A DNA stretch of 64,000 nucleotides, taken from Microbotryum violaceum. Lineage: Eukaryota. Below, piece by piece: positions 1 through 12,231 of this stretch. How positions within the stretch are numbered: the stretch's first letter is position 1; the number at the start of each line of letters is the position of its first letter. The stretch is from contig CDLV01000008.1 in assembly GCA_001244265.2 (NCBI GenBank), positions 744,001 through 808,000 of the forward strand, written 5' to 3'. The translations under genes and the position numbers were made by a program. The notes below the pieces were generated by a model. The model was not told the DNA's origin. It worked only from the letters and a program-made list of their open reading frames with translations, and did no database searches.

Positions 1-2971
1 CACGCTCGTGCCGTCCTCATCGTCCCGGAAAGGATCAGTCGCAGCCACCTCCTTGGCTCGACCGAATCGTTGGCTGAAATCAAACTTTGCCAGTACGCTC
101 CCGGGCGATTGTAACTTCGACTGTGGCGAAACTTTACTGACGCTGTAGCCCTCCAACCCACTCGCGGACAGCTACGACCCAAATGCCCGGCGGGACCCCC
201 ACCACCATCACTCGCTCCGAGGCGGAAGCCGACAAGGGCAAACCCTTGTTTAACAAGATTCTCATTGCGAATCGGCAAGTCAGCGCGTGATTTTTGAAAT
301 CAAGAGACGCTCGACTCACCTAATCCCTTTCGTATCGTTTCATGCAACAGCGGAGAAATCGCTTGCCGGGTCATGAGGACCGCCCAGGCGCTCGGCATCA
401 AATGTGTCGCCGTCTTCAGTGAAGCCGATCGCTACAGCATGCACGTCAAAATGGTCAGCGGCATCATTCAAAAAGTTCACGTCGAAATGGGACACATCCG
501 GTTGCTGACAATAATCGAGTTGCTTCGCTGTCGCCAGGCCGACGAGGCCTACTTGCTCGGACCGGCCCCGAGTGCCGAGAGCTACCTCAGGACCGACAAG
601 ATCCTCGAGATTTGTCGCATCAGTGGCGCACAGGTGGGTTTCCACGTAATCTGACTTGGTGATCACCAACTGAATCCCAACTCGATTTCCTCTCTCTAGG
701 CCGTGCACCCTGGTTATGGCTTTCTCTCCGAGAATGCTGGATTTGCCAAAGCCCTGCACGAGAACGGCATCGTTTTCATCGGACCCCCTTCTTCCGCGAT
801 CGTCTCGATGGGATCCAAATCCGAATCCAAAGACATCATGCTCAAGGCCGGCGTCCCTTGTGTCCCCGGATGGCACCCTTCGACTTCCGCTTCGGCCGAT
901 TCTCAACTGCCTGACTTTTTGCAAGCCGAGGCCGACAAGATTGGGTACCCCGTTTTGATCAAAGCTGTTTCGGGCGGAGGTGGGAAGGGCATGAAGATTG
1001 TTGATCGACAAGATGATTTCAAGGAACAGCTTGCTAGTGCGAAGCGAGAAGGGATGAAGAGTTTCGGCGATGATACTGTTTTACTCGAAAAGTACCTCTC
1101 GACCCCTCGCCGTAAGTGACACAAACCTCTCGACTTGGCCAGACACCATACTGATGATTATTGTGACCTCCGTATTCACAGACGTCGAGGTGCAAGTCTT
1201 TTCGGATGCTCATGGTAACCACGTCTCCCTCTTTGAGCGCGACTGCTCGGTCCAACGACGTCACCAAAAGATCATCGAGGAGGCCCCCGCACCAGGCCTC
1301 GACCCCGTATTGCGCGAACGCCTGTACGAGATGGCCCGCAAAGCCGCCGAAGCGGTCGAGTACCGAGGTGCGGGAACGGTCGAGTTCATCATGGACGCCC
1401 AAGACCCCAACAAGTTCTTCTTCATGGAGATGAACACGCGGCTCCAGGTTGAACATCCTGTTACGGAGGCGATTACGGGCGTCGATTTGGTGCAGTGGCA
1501 ATTGGAAGTCGCGGCGGGGAACCCGATTCCGCTTAAACAGAACGAGATCAAGCGTACGGGTCATGCGTTCGAGTGCCGTATTTATGCCGAGAACCCGAGG
1601 AACAACTTCTTGCCCGATACGGGCCTATTGAGGCATGTCAAGCCTCCTGCCACATCTTCCAACGTCCGAATGGAAACCGGCTTTGGTACCGGGGATGAGA
1701 TCAGCGTGAGTCGATTCTCCACCGGATCCATTGACAACGACGACTAGCTTATTCCCTCGCATCCTGCCTCCTATAGGTTTTTTACGACCCCCTAATCGCC
1801 AAACTGATCGTCCACGGCTCGGACCGAACAGAGGCCCTCCGCGTCCTGCGCAAAGCTTTGGCCGAATACCAAGTCGTCGGCCCTCAGACCAACATCGAGT
1901 TCCTAAAGCGATTGTCCGAGCATGAGTCATTCATTGCTGGAGACGTCGAGACTGGGTTCATTCCTGTCAGTATGCACCGCTCGGTTGAGTAATGATTGAT
2001 CGGAGGCCTGACCCTGCCCTTACGTGCGCACAGAAACATTTTGACGCCCTGTTCGCTCTGGCGACCGAGGCATCCCCTTCGACGCTGGCCCAAGCAGGTC
2101 TTTTCGTCGCCCTCCGCGAACTCTCGGACGCGACGATTTCCGAAAGCTCCTCGACCGGTTACCCCTGGTCCACGACCTCTTTAGCCGGTTTCCGCCCCGG
2201 TCAAACTTCTTCCTTCAAACGCACGATCGAACTCATACCCTCCGCCAACGCCGCGGCCGAAACAACCCGCTCAGCAAAGGTCGAGATTGGTGCCCCATCA
2301 GCATCAGGTGGTTTCCCCATCACCGTCATCGACTTCCAAGGCACTTCCACCTCATTTCCCTCCGTTCATCCTTCCCTCTCGATCCCCAACTCCAACAGTT
2401 CCGCAACCCGTCTGTCGACATTACTCAACGATCGTCTTTCCCTCGTCGACGTGATTTCCCAACCTCAACCTCTGGGAGGGGAGAGGTTACATTTGTTCAA
2501 TAATAGTTCGGAGGCGTTCGTCGGTTCGTTAGATGTACCGCCGCCGACCTGGATGAAGGTTTTGGCGGAACAACAGGCCGGGGCGGCGGGTGGGGGTGGC
2601 AGCGCGAAGAGTCCGATGCGTGAGTTGGAAAGCAGATCTTTTTAACTCATCTCAGATAATACCTGATCCTGACATCTTTTATCGCATCCAATCACTCTAC
2701 AGCTTCAAGAATCGTTCAAGTCTTCGTCAAGGAAGGTGACAAGGTCACACAGGGTGCACCTTTGGTCACCGTTGAGGCGATGAAAACGGTCAGTCCCGAT
2801 CGCCCGATCTTTCGGCCCATCCGCTATACTGAACCTTCGTTCAACTACTGTCAAAAGGAACACGTTCTCCGAGCCCCTAAAGACGGCGTCGTTTCCCGCG
2901 TCGTCGCGACCGTTGGTGAACTCGTTCCCGAAGGAAAAGTCTTGGTCTTGTTCGAGAAAGAGAGTGCCTGA
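1..2971 (+). CDS. MCCC1: 3-methylcrotonyl-CoA carboxylase alpha (biotin carboxylase + biotin carrier) subunit; multi-exon, 5' end probably upstream of the window
   Basis: Spliced motifs [82 protein letters not shown] and C-terminal biotinylation EAMK; stop at 2969-2971. MCC rather than PCC is inferred. Confidence 0.88.
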
Positions 2972-3255
2972 GTCTCGAAGTATTTGGGAACCCCGTGATC
3001 TATATGATAAACTTTCTCGCTGGTTTGTGTTCTCTATGTGTCAGTATGCGTCGCGTGCCTTGAGCGACTCTTTTGATCGAGTTTTGATGTGAATTACAAA
3101 AGAAAGCAAGAGGCGATAAGAAACCCTTCCCCAGCACCATGTCCTAAATTGCAAGGCAACGGAGACCTGAAGACGTTATAAGCAGCCCTATCAGGAAGAA
3201 AGAAGGAGGAGGGGAAGCTCAAGAACCCTATCGACCACGTCGTCCCATACTGCTT

Positions 3256-6200
3256 CTACGCCTTCTTTTGCGAGATCGTAATCTTGTCCCCAAGGGATAA
3301 TGCGATACCCTGTTGCTTACTCCGGATCCTGACATGACCGGTAATGACGCCCTCGTCGCTGCATTCGAGGGACAAATTCGCCAAGGCGTCTTCGCCAAAG
3401 ATGGACCGTGCGTAGAGGTTGGCACTGAGGTAGCCGCATTCGGACGAGGCTTCTCGCATCGGTGTCAGGCAGGCCATGTTCGTCGTTGCCAGTATGTGCG
3501 TGAGGTCTGCATACGAAAACGGACGGATTAGAACTGAAGGGAGTCTTCAAAGTCAAGAGGTGGACTAACACTCGTTGAGGCCCTTGATCGAGGTGTCCAC
3601 GGCAACTCGGTTCTCCCATTCGAATTCGGTCCACATGCTTCGGAATTGAGCTGCGAGGATAACGATAAAGTCAAGCAAGTCACGTTCGTCACAAAGTTGT
3701 CTGAAGCAGTGTTCACGGACGTCTAACTCACCCTCATTGCAGCTGGCCGGGTTAATGTAGTCAAGAATGTCGATGTGGATATCATTGAGAACGACGCAGT
3801 GCGAGTCGGCCGTCGTCTGCGCTCCGTCGTAAAAGATGTTACCAAAGATGACACCCGTCTCGGTCGACGAGACCTTGATCGTCGCCTTGATGCTTTGGAA
3901 CGACTGAGGGCCGAGCGTGTGCGTCGTTGGTCGTTCGACCAACTTGAGGTCACCGAGGGTAGCGAACTCGACTGAGAGGTTTTGCAATGTTTCGCTCGTC
4001 TGGTTGACGATGAGCACGTCGAGGAAGATGTCAAACTGGTGAACATTGACGTAGGCTTCGGCGTAGACGGGATCCGAGAATCCCGTCAACTGTACGACTC
4101 GGTTCAGCTTCGAGATGAAGTCGTCCCTCAATGCATCCGCAGCACCTGTGGCCTTGGTCATATCGAGCTCGAACTCGTCCGCTTCGGCACCGTTCGTCTT
4201 CTTTGAAAATTGTCGGAACGAGATGAGGTCGTCGGGCTGGATGGCGCTGGCCTTCGAGTCGAGTGCGCGCTTCTCGGCGGCCTTCTTCTCCTCGTGTGCG
4301 ATCATCTTGGTGTAAGCGGCCTGCGTGTCGTGCAAAAAGATTTCTTTGATCGGTTCCGTGTTGGCAACGCTCGACAACGGCGAGTCGATCTCAGCCAAGG
4401 CTTGCAAGCAATTCGTGATACGCTCCTGAGCATCCTCGTCGATGGGCACGGACGAGAAAGGCGATTGACCAACTCGGATGATGGACGTCATGATGAGCAT
4501 CGCCTCGGCACGCAGCTCGTTGACGGCCCGCTCGTCGCGACTGACTTCCTTGAACTTGAGCACGATCTTGGTCAGGGACGAGGCCAGGACAGAAGCGGTG
4601 TAGAAGTCGCCGCCGAGAATCGAAGCTCGCAGTGGTGGTTTGGCGGCCGCCTTGACGACTTCGAGAGAGGCTGAGGGCGCCGACGAGTAGGCGGTTTCGG
4701 TCGCGTAGGTACCATCGGCAAGCACACGCGTCGTTGTTGTCGCTTTCGGTAACTGAGTCCCGCCTCCGCTCGCTTCCTGTGCGGCTTCTTGCGCTGCAAG
4801 ATCGGATTCGGCGGCCTCGAGAAGCCTTTGCTCGCTCGCCAGGATTGGCACCTCGCCGAGCACCTTTCGGATCTGCTGCATCGTCTCCTTCAAGTCCTCG
4901 ACCGTACTGCCGTACTCTCCGACGATCCATAGCGCACCACGGAACACCTTTCCACTCTTGATCTCGCTCATCGTCGACAAGAGTCGGTCGACGATCCCAC
5001 TGCGCAAGTGGGGGAACTTTTCGACGACCTCGCGGACGAACGAGATGACATCGACGGCCGAGGCGTTGGAGGCGTCGCCGAGGAACTCCATCAACACGTG
5101 CACGACGTTCGACGCGACCTCGGAATGCCGGATCGCGCAGGTGTGGATCGTCTGGATCAACAACTGGCGGTATTCGGCGTTCTTCTCGAACTGGCCGTCC
5201 AGTGTTCGCGTGAGTTCCTTCTTGAGGAAGCCAACGACCTCCTCAATGTTGCGGCTGCTAATCATGTCCATCGCGAGGCCGAGCGCCTTGCGTCGGACAT
5301 CCATGTCGGGGCTACTGAGGACGCGCAAGACGTCCATGACGAGGTCGTTGAGGACGTGCTCATGCTTGGCGTGGAGCTGCTGCACGCGCGCAAGGACGAT
5401 CATCTTGACGTTATTCGACGACTCCTGCAGAATCAGCTGGATGAGGCAGCTTCCAGCGGCTGTAGTTGAAGATACAAGGTCTCGGTCAGTACGCTTGACT
5501 ATGTTGGATGGACTCTCGGCAACTCACCCTTCACGGCAGCGGGATTTTGTGTGAGGGTCGTGAGGGTCGTCGCAGCCTCGTATTTGACCGAGTGGGATCC
5601 CGAGTTGAGTAGCTCAAAGATGCACTTGATATACCGGGCCTAATGATAGCAATGTCCCGAGGTCGTCAGTCGCCGTCACAGGTCCGCCGTTGACGGGCCC
5701 CGCTCACCTTGAGAGCCCCCTCTGAGTTGGATCCCTTGCTCTCCTTGCGGATCAACTCGATGACGGCAAGTTGCAGCATCTCGTCGAGACTCGGGATCTG
5801 GTCGTAGATGGACAAAAAGTACTCCACGGCGCGCTGGGGAGCCATCGCCTGGAGCATGATGAACGCGTTACGAATCGAGGTCGTGTCGGATTCGGCGGCC
5901 ATGAAGGTCTGGATCAGCTCAGGCGCGTCGGGGATGAGGTATTCAAAGTTTTTGTAGATCTGGAACACGGCCATGACGGCGTTCTTGCGCACGAACGAGT
6001 GTCGGTGTTCCTGCGGGGGAGAGGAAGGTCGAACGCGTTCGAGATGTGAGCGTCGGTCTTCGAATACGGTGCTCAGCAGGGGGGACTGACGAGGCAAGTG
6101 CGGCATGACGGGACCAAGGGTTCGAGCAACTCGGGTTCCCGGATCTTTTGCAAGAAGCGCAAGGTCGCGCCTCGGATGTATTCATTGGGATGTTGCTGCG

Positions 6201-7016
6201 TGGCAGGGGGAGGGGGTCAGGGTCAGGGTCAGGGTCAGCAGGAGCTCGCGGCGTGTGAGCTCTGTGATTCGCCGACTGTGAGCCAAGTTTGGACTGACCA
6301 GGTCGTTTCGAATGGCGTTGCTGTGGTGTGGCAAGTGGACCCGCCTAGGTTAGCCACACAAGATCCAGGCTGGCGAGGCGACGCGGAGATGTTCGGGCGA
6401 CTCACCAAACAAGGATCATCTCCTGCTTGAGTTTGCCATTATCGTCGAGCTTGGGGCATATTTCCCAGTAAAAGCTACATGGTGGATATTGCCAAGTCAG
6501 TGTCTGGTCTGGGAACGGGAACTGTCGCGAGCTGCTGCTGCGGTGGGCAGTACACGCCAGACGGCGCGCGTCGGCAACGGTGAGGAGGGGAGCGGACTGA
6601 CTGCAGCAGCTTCTTGATGTGCTTGCTCTTGGACGGGAGCACAAACTGGATGATGGGCATCAGCAGGTTCGGCTGTGTAGGGAGCGGGTGTCAGCTAGTC
6701 AGCACTGCCGTGTAGGATGCTTGATCGCCAGCCGCGTCGCAGGGGGTGTGATGGGCTCCCCTGACCGCACGTGTCTTCCCCCGAGCGCAGCACAGGGCTC
6801 AACGATGCCCACACGTACATGGGGCTGGCCATTCAGCGTCGAGATGATGATCCTCCTGAGCGTGTCGAGCTTGAGTTCGTCGGTGCCCTTCTCCAACGCG
6901 GCGCGCAGGTCCTGAGTAGTCGCCAACGAGTCATGGTCGTCCGCCACCAGCGTGAACGCGAGGTTAGACCCGGACGCCGACGCACCACTGCCACCTGAGA
7001 ACGACTTGTCGGCCAT
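3256..7016 (-). CDS. SEC26: Coatomer subunit beta (beta-COP), multi-exon
   Basis: [125 protein letters not shown]. Confidence 0.96.
6214..6238. repeat. (GGGTCA)4 tandem repeat inside a beta-COP intron
   Basis: Sequence gggtcagggtcagggtcagggtcag; on the coding strand it is a tandem of CTGACC units, close to the 3' splice site. Confidence 0.8.
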
Positions 7017-7549
7017 GAGGATCGAACGAAGACGTGTAGGGACGAGTCGAGTGCGATTCGCGGTGAGAAGGCGGAGTCGGGCTGACCTGCGCGAGGCGCA
7101 CCTGTCGCTGGACCAACTACGTGGCCACGCGCTGCCACGCTCTGGAAAGCTCTGGAGCTCTGGAGCGCTCTGACTCGCTCTGGGCGCTTTCTCGCGTTGT
7201 CTGCTCGGTCCCAGCGTCTAGTGCACTAGATTCCACTGGTGTTGCTCGGATTGCTCTAGTGGCATGGCTGACTCGAAAAGTCCATCTTAGGCTGTGCGAA
7301 ACTTGATAGTCTGTCGCTAGGAGCTCTGCCTTGCTTGCCACCGTCAGTCGCGAGCTGTGATCGGACGCCCACTCTTCCACCCCTGCTTGCAGGCGTAGTC
7401 CACAAACTTCCGGGCGGCCACGGTATCCTCACCCGTCCTGATCAATCCGTTTATATTTATATCAGGAGAGAGGTCGTTACGTTCCTGGGCTCAAAAAGGT
7501 GAGGGCCAGGTGGTGTAAAGTTGTAAACGAAGTTTTAGGAGCCGCGATG

Positions 7550-8672
7550 GGACCAGGGCTCCCCATTAGATGTCTAGATATCTATCTTAGCACATCTCGC
7601 TAAGATATAGATGACATCTTGTCTAGGGGCCAAATATCTTAGATAAATAGATTAGGCCCCGGGGGTTTCCTCAGATATCTTTAGATATCTTAACTTTTTT
7701 TGTGTCTGGTACAGACTCCTGTTGCGTTGGAAGTTGTAGTTTCCCCTGAGGAGGTTCTTGCTCCCTAGCGAGGACATCGACTTTCAAATCGTATTCGGCT
7801 CAATGCCCATGTTTGTGCCGCATGGTTTGGCCCAAGCGCTAACCGCGGGTGAGGCGTCCCGGGACGGCTTGCCGACGGGCCAATTTGGGAGCTGAGGCCT
7901 TCAGACGTTTTTGCTGCCAGAGGGTGCTTATCAACTAATCACATAAATCACACAAAGAAAGGAGGTGCAATTGCGACATTTTGGGAACTTTGCAATGTAC
8001 CCGCGCCGTTTACTCTTCTTTCGTCGCACACTCGCACTCTCACACCTCACCGAACGACTATACTAGTAATCGACAGTCTTTGCTAAAGCAGCTTGGAGTC
8101 GGATGCCCCCACGGCTGAGGAGGAGCTTGCGAGTACGAAATTCGCCACCAACGATGAGGCACAGACTTACTACTTTCGACTGAGAGGAGGCTCTGCAAAC
8201 GTTCGCTGGCAAGCTAGCTAGTTCAGCTGAGAAAGTAAAGTTAAAGACGTCATGGCGGTCGTTCCCAGCGGAGGTGGAGATTTCGGACGACTCTGACGAC
8301 ACTGATTAGCACAACGATCGGCCTCAATGCATTCTCCCGCTTGACCAAGCAATAATTCTACTTCCCAGCACTTATCAATACAAGAGAATCAGAAAACAGT
8401 GAACAGAAAGCCAGCTTTGCCTGTTCATCCACATTTTGTGATACTTAAATTGTGGTACTGGCCACCCAACAGGCTCCCACGAGTCCCAAACGACCGCCTC
8501 CAAGCGAAGATATCTGGCATCTTATCTCCTAAGATATCTATCTCTGTCTCATCTTAACCCACTTAAATATCTATTAGATGTCTAGGCATCTATCTCAGAT
8601 ATCTGACTAAGATGAGATAGAGATAGATATCTTAAGAGACTAGGTTCGGCGGCGCGCTCCGCGCGCCACCTC
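7550..8672. mobile_element. Putative non-autonomous DNA transposon relic with AGATAT/ATATCT-rich ends and hairpins
   Basis: AT-rich clusters at ~7560-7695 and ~8510-8640 share ATTAGATGTCTAG(A/G)(T/C)ATCTATCT(T/C)AG. There is a 27-bp inverted repeat at 8530-8556/8608-8634 and a GC hairpin at 8648-8670. No recognisable coding region lies between the clusters. Confidence 0.5.
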
Positions 8673-9991
8673 ACATTGAGAATTAGCAGTTGCGGATGGC
8701 TACGGTTCTACGCTGCTTTCATCTATCTTCTGATCTCCTGGAGGTGGACTGATTCGTCGTGATTTGGCAAAGGGGAGGGTCGGGCAGAGAACTGTGCGGG
8801 ACCGGAACGGAACGCTCTCGCTCAAGACTTTCCTGTTAACGACGTCTTTACTGATCTTGAGACCTTCGAGAGATCGCAACGTTCACAGGTGGTGGATCCA
8901 TTGGATGAAGTTGATTTTCCGGCAGTGGAAGCAGTGCAATTGGTGACTGTGCGGCAACATCCACCGGGACAGAGTGGACGTTGGGCGTTGGCTGAGGTGG
9001 AGGCGATTGATTGATAAAATCAAATTTGCTGCCTTTCCCGGAGTCTCCGCAATTGTTGTGCCCTAAATCTTCTGGAAATAAAATGATCCGTCGATGTTGA
9101 TGCGGTAGAGGCAGGGTTCGGCGAAAACCTGTGTGGGACCGGACCGGAACGCTCTCGCTCGAGCCTTCGTCGTTGCTGGCCCTCAGACCTCCGAGACGTT
9201 GTGCAACTATCATTATTCTTGCTGTTGTCCATCTCTAGCAAGGGCAGTAAAGACTCCATTTAGTGTGCCAATGACCCGGAGTCTCAACCGTACGAAGTCA
9301 AGCAGCACCCCAACTTCCCCCCAGAAGTCAGCATTCCATGAAGCAAGCGTCGACGATTTATGCAGGCGATGACTTGAGAATAACGGGAAGGCATTGCTTC
9401 GGATCCCCTGTGATGTTACAGTCGAACCGGTCAGTTGGTCATGCTGCCCTGCATTTTGCTTTTGAAAGATTGGCACACACCTGCCATTACGACGGTCACT
9501 CCACCGAACCGAGCTGTTAAGGATCTGCCACGGGGTCTATACTGCATGCTGCAGACATTTCTTGATAAAACTTGTCCCGTATTCGTGGCAGAGCTTCGAC
9601 GACGACCCCTTCGGGTGTCGCGAGTTCGAGGCCTATTTGTCTCGAGCATAGAGAGATGCGCCTTGAGCTGGCGGTCTTCATTTGTGCCAGGCACCTTTCA
9701 TCGAGAACGAGCAGACAGCAGTGGGCTTTGACCTTCAGTCCTCGGTCCAGGGTCAGTGGACCTGTCGCTTTAAACCTAGAGTGGTCCAGAGCCACGCCAT
9801 ACCTCGCCGAGTGTCTCATTCCCCTGATGAAGGCGTTTACCCCTGGCCGAAGTGACCGGACCCCGCGTTCAACCACCTTCGGCGACTAGGACTTCGGGGT
9901 TTACATTGGATGAAGTGCCCATTCCTCTTCTATTCCTCTCGATTCTCAGACTTAATATTGTCCTTCGTCCACTATCACCTCGCCGGAAGTA

Positions 9992-11040
9992 TTGCCTGCC
10001 ACCCTGTTCCGCTCTGGACATGTCATCTTTGCCGGAGCCGCAATTTTTGCGCTCCTCTTGATTCAGCTGGTCACCGTCTCGGCGGCCCCTATCCCCGCCC
10101 CCCATTCCCCGCAGTGTAGTCCCTCCCAGTACTACAACAAAGCTTCCAAGTCGTGCGTCGAGTGCTCGACCAAGTTCACCAACGCGACCAGCTGCAAACG
10201 CAACCGTCCCACGGCTTGCTCGTATGGCCGCGTGAGCAATGGGCAATGCCGTGCACGCATTGGCTACTCCGGTTCTCGATATGTCACCGCGAATGGCAAT
10301 TCCATGCCAACAAGGGTGCCCAATCACTCTTGCACTAGCGTCAATCCTTACCTGTGCAGCTAGAAACTGAATCCCTGCCCTTCGTCACCCTTCCTTCTAC
10401 GCCTGCTCGTTGCTTTGACCTCGTCACAGGCGCGTCTTGCCGTCGTTGCCCCGACACCAACGCCGGTCGTTGTGACCAGTCTTCGGGCAAGTCAGTCGCC
10501 TGCAATTATGGTGTACCCGTGAAGGGGGTATGTACGGCGGTGTCATGCACCGGTAACCTCTACCGCGCCCCCAGTGGTTCGTTCTGTTCAAGCTCCTCAC
10601 GCTCGCCAAATTTGCTGCGCACTGACCCTCCAGCCTCGACCTTCCAGGCCGTCAATGCCGACGCTGCCGCAGCTTTGACAGACACGCAGCTTCCTGCGAT
10701 CCTGATGGGACACTACGCGTATGCGAGTCTGGCTACTCTTTAAAGTCGAACAAATGTCAGGCGGATCCCACCACCGCCCAGAGCGCTGAAGCGTTCCCAC
10801 GACTACAACCACGAGCGCTGCTGGCATTCCCACCACTATCTCAGGCGTGCCTGTCGCTACAGCTACCCCTTCTCTGGACTCCCGATTGCGACTACTACCC
10901 CTTCGCTGGGTCTACCAATCGCAACCACCATACCCGAGTTGGCTACCACGACGACCCCAGCGATTGTCACGACCACTCCAACTATCGTCACGACGACCCC
11001 TGTGCTCGTGATCATGACCACCACTCCCGCCTTGCCCTGA
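9992..11040 (+). pseudogene. Decayed gene for a secreted cysteine-rich repeat protein with a Thr/Pro-rich tail (effector-like)
   Basis: Hydrophobic signal-like segment (AAIFALLLIQLVTVSA) has no in-frame ATG. Three related Cys modules (CVECSTKFTNATSC..., CRRCPDTNAGRC..., CRRCRSFDRHAASC...) lie in different frames, with no canonical donor seen at the expected junctions. The Thr-rich tail is frameshifted and ends at TGA 11038-11040. Confidence 0.65.
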
Positions 11041-12231
11041 AATGTTCAAGTAATTAGATAAAGTTCCAGCGTCCTATGAAGGTTGTACGAACTTGCATCA
11101 AAGTCGCCACTCTATTTACCTTCGGCGTTCATCATGTTTACTTCGTCCACCTTTGAATCTATGTGGCCCGGCGCCCCACCCTCATGAAACTCGAACCCTG
11201 GTCATCACTGTCTGTATATTACCATGTATTAGCTCGGAACGGTTCTTCGTCAGCTCAACTTGGCCATGATCTTGGACAGTTTTTTTTTTGGACCAAAAAA
11301 TAAAATTCGTTCTCAATGAACCGGCTTCTTCTCGAGTAGGTGTTACCTTCGAAAACTTAGCTAGGGCAGCTGGAGTAAAGATTGGAGGGCGGGATAGTCA
11401 TCTCGAAGCGCGAGTTAAAGGAGAGGTATTGTGCGCATCGGTTTGAGGAAGTTCTCTTGGACACGGATAAGTTGCTGCAGTCATGTTACCCCGAGGGTTT
11501 CTGTATTGTCCAGCCCTTTTGTGTCGAGCTGTCAGGCTTTCGAACGACTCGACCTTTGGTCAGGATCTTGTATTACACTCCGTAGGAGTGTACACGGGAG
11601 CGACAAGCATAAGATCACGGGATACTGGACCCTCTTTTTAGTCGCTGCTAGGACAATGCCTTCCGACTCACCTGAGCTCACCTGAACACTCTACTTTAGT
11701 TGCTGTAGGTCGGGCTCAGAATCTCGCGTGCGGCACTAGTCCGTTCGACCGGCGCCAAGTCTGACTGTAATCTTTGTTCATCATCGCCAGAGAAAACCGG
11801 GTTTACTTTGGAGTGTGCAAATGGAAAGAGAGATGAAACAGAATATTGCGTCACTGTATAGCTTGATGACACCCGCGATACGGTCAGTGGTACCTGGGTT
11901 CGACTTCACGCAAGTTGACGCCGCTAGCGTCCTCTCAAAAGCGAAACCGGAGTTCATCGAGAGACGGAGGGTTGTGGTGTCTGGCCGGGCGTCCTCAGTA
12001 AAAGGTCTTTGAATTAACATGAGGGTTTGAACGGTATTTGTATACTCTCACGTCGTTCGGTGAAGACTTGAAGACTTTATAGTCTCGGATAGTTCGAATG
12101 GGTATACGTATGAATTGCCGAGTGCTCCAAGAATTAAGTAGGGCTATAGCTACACATCGGGGCATGGCGGGGAATATGTCCGGTATAAACACATACAAAT
12201 ACACTGCTCATATCGCGACTCAAGTTCCCGT

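Noticed and set aside
7700..8500. Transposase inside the AGATAT-flanked element
   Set aside because: Only short ORFs with no recognisable DDE, BED-finger or hAT dimerisation motif.
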